Source: an uncultured Pseudomonadota bacterium
Lineage (GTDB): Bacteria > Myxococcota_A > Polyangia > Fen-1088
NCBI GenBank assembly: GCA_963847705.1
Contig: CAWKBC010000014.1
Span: 64,001 to 128,000, forward strand
DNA: 64,000 nucleotides
Direction of reading: 5' to 3'
Shown here: positions 60,773 through 64,000 of the stretch, piece after piece
Position numbering within the stretch: position 1 is the stretch's first letter
Layout of the letters: each line of letters starts with the position of its first letter
The notes under the pieces: model-generated
The model's input: only the letters and a program-made list of their open reading frames with translations
What the model was told of the DNA's origin: nothing
Database searches by the model: none
Program-made: the position numbers and the translations under genes

Positions 60773-61828
60773 TCACGTCTTGGGGACGACCCGCCCGCCG
60801 GCCCGGAGCGCATCGCGCGCCGCCGCGACGGCCAGGGCCTGGTCAGTCCCCGCGCCGAGGGGGAAGGCTTCCCGACGGCCCCTGAGCACCTCCAGCGACG
60901 CGCGCACCGACGCCGCCAGCGCCGCCAGGTCGTAGCCCCCCTCCAGCAACAGGGCCAGCTTTCCACCGCAGGTCCGCTCGGCCAGCTCGGCCAGCGCCGA
61001 GGTCATCGCCGCGAACCCGCGCTCGGTGAGGTTCATCTCGGCCAGCGGATCGCGCGCGTGCGCGTCATAGCCGGCCGAGACGATGATCAGCTCCGGGGCG
61101 AAGGCGCGCCCGACGGGGAGAAACAGATCGTGAAACACGGCGCCGTAGTCGGCGTCGTCCTGCCCGGCCGGCAGCGGGCAGTTGACCGTCGCCCCTTTCC
61201 CGGCCCCGACGCCGATCTCCTCGGCGGCGCCGGTGCCTGGATAGAACGGGAACTGGTGCACCGACATGTAGAGGACGTCGTCGCGCCCGGCGAAGATCTC
61301 CTGCGTCCCGTTGCCGTGGTGGACGTCCCAGTCGACGATCAGGACCCGCGCCGCGCCCGCGCGGCGGGCCGCCTCGGCCGCCACCGCAGCGTTGTTGATG
61401 AGGCAGAACCCCATCGCCGCGGCGGGACGCGCGTGGTGCCCGGGCGGGCGGACCAGCGCGAAGGCGTTGGCCGCGCGCCCCTGCATCACCGCCTCCACGG
61501 CGCCGACCGCCGCGCCGGCCGCCAGCGTGGCCGCCTCCCAGCTTCCGGGCGAGACCGCCGTGTCGGGATCGAGCTCCGCGTATTCGCCGGCCAACCGGGC
61601 CAGCCGGGCGCGATAGGCGGGGCTGTGGACCGCCTCGATCTCGGCGTCGGTCGCGGCGCGCGGCATCTCGATCCGCACGCCGTCGAGGGGCGCGCGCCCG
61701 AGCTCGCCCATGATCGCGTCGAGCCGCGCCGGCGACTCGACGTGGCCCGGCCCCGGGTCGTGATCGAGAAACTTCGGATCGGTGAGGACCAGCGTGTCTG
61801 CCGCACCTGGTGTCGCTGGCTTGCTCAT
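60773..61828 (-). CDS. Histone deacetylase family protein (class II-like)
   Basis: RPPGHHA, GFC, DWDVHHGNGTQ, SAGYDAH, LEGGY. Confidence 0.93.
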   Translation of the reverse strand: MSKPATPGAADTLVLTDPKFLDHDPGPGHVESPARLDAIMGELGRAPLDGVRIEMPRAATDAEIEAVHSPAYRARLARLAGEYAELDPDTAVSPGSWEAATLAAGAAVGAVEAVMQGRAANAFALVRPPGHHARPAAAMGFCLINNAAVAAEAARRAGAARVLIVDWDVHHGNGTQEIFAGRDDVLYMSVHQFPFYPGTGAAEEIGVGAGKGATVNCPLPAGQDDADYGAVFHDLFLPVGRAFAPELIIVSAGYDAHARDPLAEMNLTERGFAAMTSALAELAERTCGGKLALLLEGGYDLAALAASVRASLEVLRGRREAFPLGAGTDQALAVAAARDALRAGGRVVPKT

Positions 61829-63246
61829 GACGTCACCGCCGGCAGGTCGAAGCTGAAGACGCAACCGCCGCCGGGCGCGTCGCGCACCACCACGTCGCCG
61901 CCGTGGTCGCGCACGATCTCGCGGACGAAGGCCAACCCGAGCCCCGTCCCCTTCTCCCGGGTGGTGAAGAACGGCGTGAAGATCTGCTCGCGCAGAGCCG
62001 CCGGCACGCCGGGCCCGTCATCGCGCACCTCGATCCGCAGGCCTGTTTCGACCGGCCACGCGGCGAGCTCCACCCTTCCCTTGCGCGCGGCCGTGGCGGC
62101 GTTGCGCGCCAGGTTCAACAGCGCCCGGCGGAGCTGGCCCACATCGGCGCGCACACGCAGCCCGGGCGGCATGTCGACCACGATGGCCGCGCCGCTGGCC
62201 GCGCGGGTCAGCTCGCGCACCTCGTCGAAGAGCGGTCCCAGCGCCACCGTCTCGAGGTGGGGCGGCGGCCGGCGGGCGAACTCCAGGAACTCGTTGACCA
62301 CCGTCTTCAGGTGACCGACCTCGCGCTCGATCCGGTGAACCTCCTCCAGCCTCTCCGGCTGCGCGCCGAGCGCGTCGCGCAACAGCCCCGCGTAGAGCTC
62401 GAGCCCCCCGAGGGGATTGCGCACCTCGTGCGCGATGCCGGCCAACATCATCTGCATCCTTTCGTCGCGCGCCTTGAGCGCGGCGCGCGTCTCCTCGAAA
62501 GTCTGCGCCAGAAGACCGATCTCGTCGCGGGTTTCGATCGGCACGGGCGCGTCGAGGTCACCGCGTCCCAGACGGGCCGCCGCCTGCGCGAGGCGGGTGA
62601 TCGGCCCCGAGATCCTCCGCGCGATCCAGGCGGTCACCGCCAGCACACCGATCGCGGCCGCGATCCCGGCCAGGATCATCGAGCGGCGAAAAGCCGCCAG
62701 AATGGCCGGGTAGTCGGCGTTCCCCTCGACGGCGACCAGGCCGGCCGGCCCGCCCACCTCGCCGGGCTCGCCGACCGCGGCGTAGGCGCGCTTGTAGGCC
62801 ACGCCGTCGTGACCGACGAAGAGCGGCGAGGCGGCGGGCGTCCCGGCCAGGGCGCGCGCGATCTCGGCCCTGTCGGCCTCGAGATCGTACGCCCGCGCGC
62901 CGAGCTGCAACGCGCCCGCGCTGTCGCCGCGCGCGCCGAGCTCCGGCGTCACCGCCAGCACGCGCCGCACGCCCAGCCGCCCGCGCGCGGCGTCGAGCCG
63001 CCGGCGCACGTTCGCGTAGGTGAGCGACTCCTCGTCGCCTGGACCGATCGCGCGGAGCTGCTCGGGGAGAATCGTCGCCGCCGCGCCCGCCGCCGCCGTC
63101 TCCAGCCGCCGCGACAGCTCCTCCTCGAGCGCGCGCCGCGCCAGCTGCTGCGCGAAGACGCCGAACACCACCAGCGCGCCCACCGTCGGGACGACCGTCC
63201 CCGCCAGCAACCGCACCAGCAGTCTTCGCGACGGCCGAGCGTCCAT
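61825..63246 (-). CDS. HAMP-domain sensor histidine kinase
   Basis: Two TM segments, HAMP, AHEVRNPL, DDGPG, FFTT, GTGLGL. Confidence 0.9.
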   Translation of the reverse strand: MDARPSRRLLVRLLAGTVVPTVGALVVFGVFAQQLARRALEEELSRRLETAAAGAAATILPEQLRAIGPGDEESLTYANVRRRLDAARGRLGVRRVLAVTPELGARGDSAGALQLGARAYDLEADRAEIARALAGTPAASPLFVGHDGVAYKRAYAAVGEPGEVGGPAGLVAVEGNADYPAILAAFRRSMILAGIAAAIGVLAVTAWIARRISGPITRLAQAAARLGRGDLDAPVPIETRDEIGLLAQTFEETRAALKARDERMQMMLAGIAHEVRNPLGGLELYAGLLRDALGAQPERLEEVHRIEREVGHLKTVVNEFLEFARRPPPHLETVALGPLFDEVRELTRAASGAAIVVDMPPGLRVRADVGQLRRALLNLARNAATAARKGRVELAAWPVETGLRIEVRDDGPGVPAALREQIFTPFFTTREKGTGLGLAFVREIVRDHGGDVVVRDAPGGGCVFSFDLPAVTS

Positions 63247-63394
63247 CGCCCCATTGTGCCGCCCACGCCCGGGGCGCGCCAAGGCCGAAACCAGGTCGTT
63301 GGATCCAGGAAAATACCAACGAATTTCCGCACGATCGGCACCTTGCTGGGGATGCCAGCGATGCACACGGTCAGGTCACCGGAGAGGTGACCCA

Positions 63395-63727
63395 ATGGAC
63401 ACGAAATCGATGACCCGTAAGGAATTCGTCGCGCTGACGTTCACGTTGATTGGCAGCGTGGCGGTCGCTTGCTCGTCGTCGTCGAGCTCGAACGACGGCG
63501 GGACGGGCGGAAGCAATGGCAGCGGCGGGACGACCGGCACCGGCGGAATCACCGGCCGGGGCGGAACGGCCGGCGGAGGCGGAATCGGGACGGGCGGGGC
63601 GGGCGGAAACGGCACCGCGGGGACCGCGGGCAGCGCGGGCGCGGCGGGCAGCAAGGGTGCCGCGGGCAGCACGGGCGCCGCGGGCGATACCGGCGCCGCG
63701 GGCAATACCGGCGCCGCCGGGGCCTGA
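63395..63727 (+). CDS. Small Gly-rich lipoprotein with Tat-like signal
   Basis: GAGGTG RBS; MTRKEF, lipobox AVAC, Gly-X-X repeats. Confidence 0.6.
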   Translation: MDTKSMTRKEFVALTFTLIGSVAVACSSSSSSNDGGTGGSNGSGGTTGTGGITGRGGTAGGGGIGTGGAGGNGTAGTAGSAGAAGSKGAAGSTGAAGDTGAAGNTGAAGA

Positions 63728-63874
63728 CCGACGGACCGCGTCGTTCCCCGCGGCGTGGTCGTCCATCAGGCAAAAACGGGGGTCGGGCCGGAGCGCAGAA
63801 AAATAGCGCGCCAGCTTGACTTAGAGGCACCTTACGCTAAAAGATGCCCGCCTTCCGGTGCGGCGGATATTCTT

Positions 63875-64000
63875 GTGCCTTTAGTACCCAGGGAGAAGAT
63901 CGACGACGTTCGGGACCGCACCAACATCGTCGATGTCGTCAAGCGCCATGTGGAGCTCAAGCGGGCGGGAACGGGGAGCTGGAAAGGGCTTTGCCCCTTT
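63875..64000 (+). CDS. dnaG: DNA primase N-terminus (zinc finger), truncated by window
   Basis: Manual translation [42 protein letters not shown]. Confidence 0.85.
   Translation, partial: MPLVPREKIDDVRDRTNIVDVVKRHVELKRAGTGSWKGLCPF

Noticed and set aside
63816-63845. Sigma-70 promoter for dnaG (TTGACT...)
   Set aside because: The -35 is plausible but the -10 match and spacing are ambiguous.

Overview
A very GC-rich bacterial chromosomal segment with about 65 genes. It looks myxobacterial (Myxococcota/Polyangia-like); this is inferred from ftsB-dmxA-like synteny, the mevalonate pathway and many Gly/Pro-rich lipoproteins. Most content is housekeeping, signalling or envelope: Tat phospholipase C, clan GH-A glycoside hydrolase, hemD, rlmI-like methylase, grx4-bolA, two-component pairs, maiA/FAH, pheA, MacAB-TolC, a mevalonate-to-squalene operon (fni-mvk-mvaD-pmk-hmgR-hpnC, two apparent frameshifts), rmuC plus a PLD nuclease, a yqjDE/ytxH-like stress cluster, ftsB-dmxA, ubiB, lgt, a porin, sixA, FHA-GGDEF, an HK-HDAC-LMF1-MFS operon and the start of dnaG. 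I saw no rRNA, tRNA, CRISPR, transposase or prophage. Best leads: (1) an orphan FleQ-like/FliA/FlgM module whose enhancer-binding protein has lost its activating motifs, with visible sigma-28 and sigma-54 promoters suggesting a feedback loop; (2) two families of dispersed structured intergenic elements, one with compensatory base changes and one copy apparently translated as an enzyme N-terminus; (3) a sigma-54-driven lipoprotein-lipoprotein-beta-barrel operon of unknown function; (4) RmuC next to a PLD nuclease with a possible Fe-S 'staple'. All calls come from motif recognition by eye; no searches were run.
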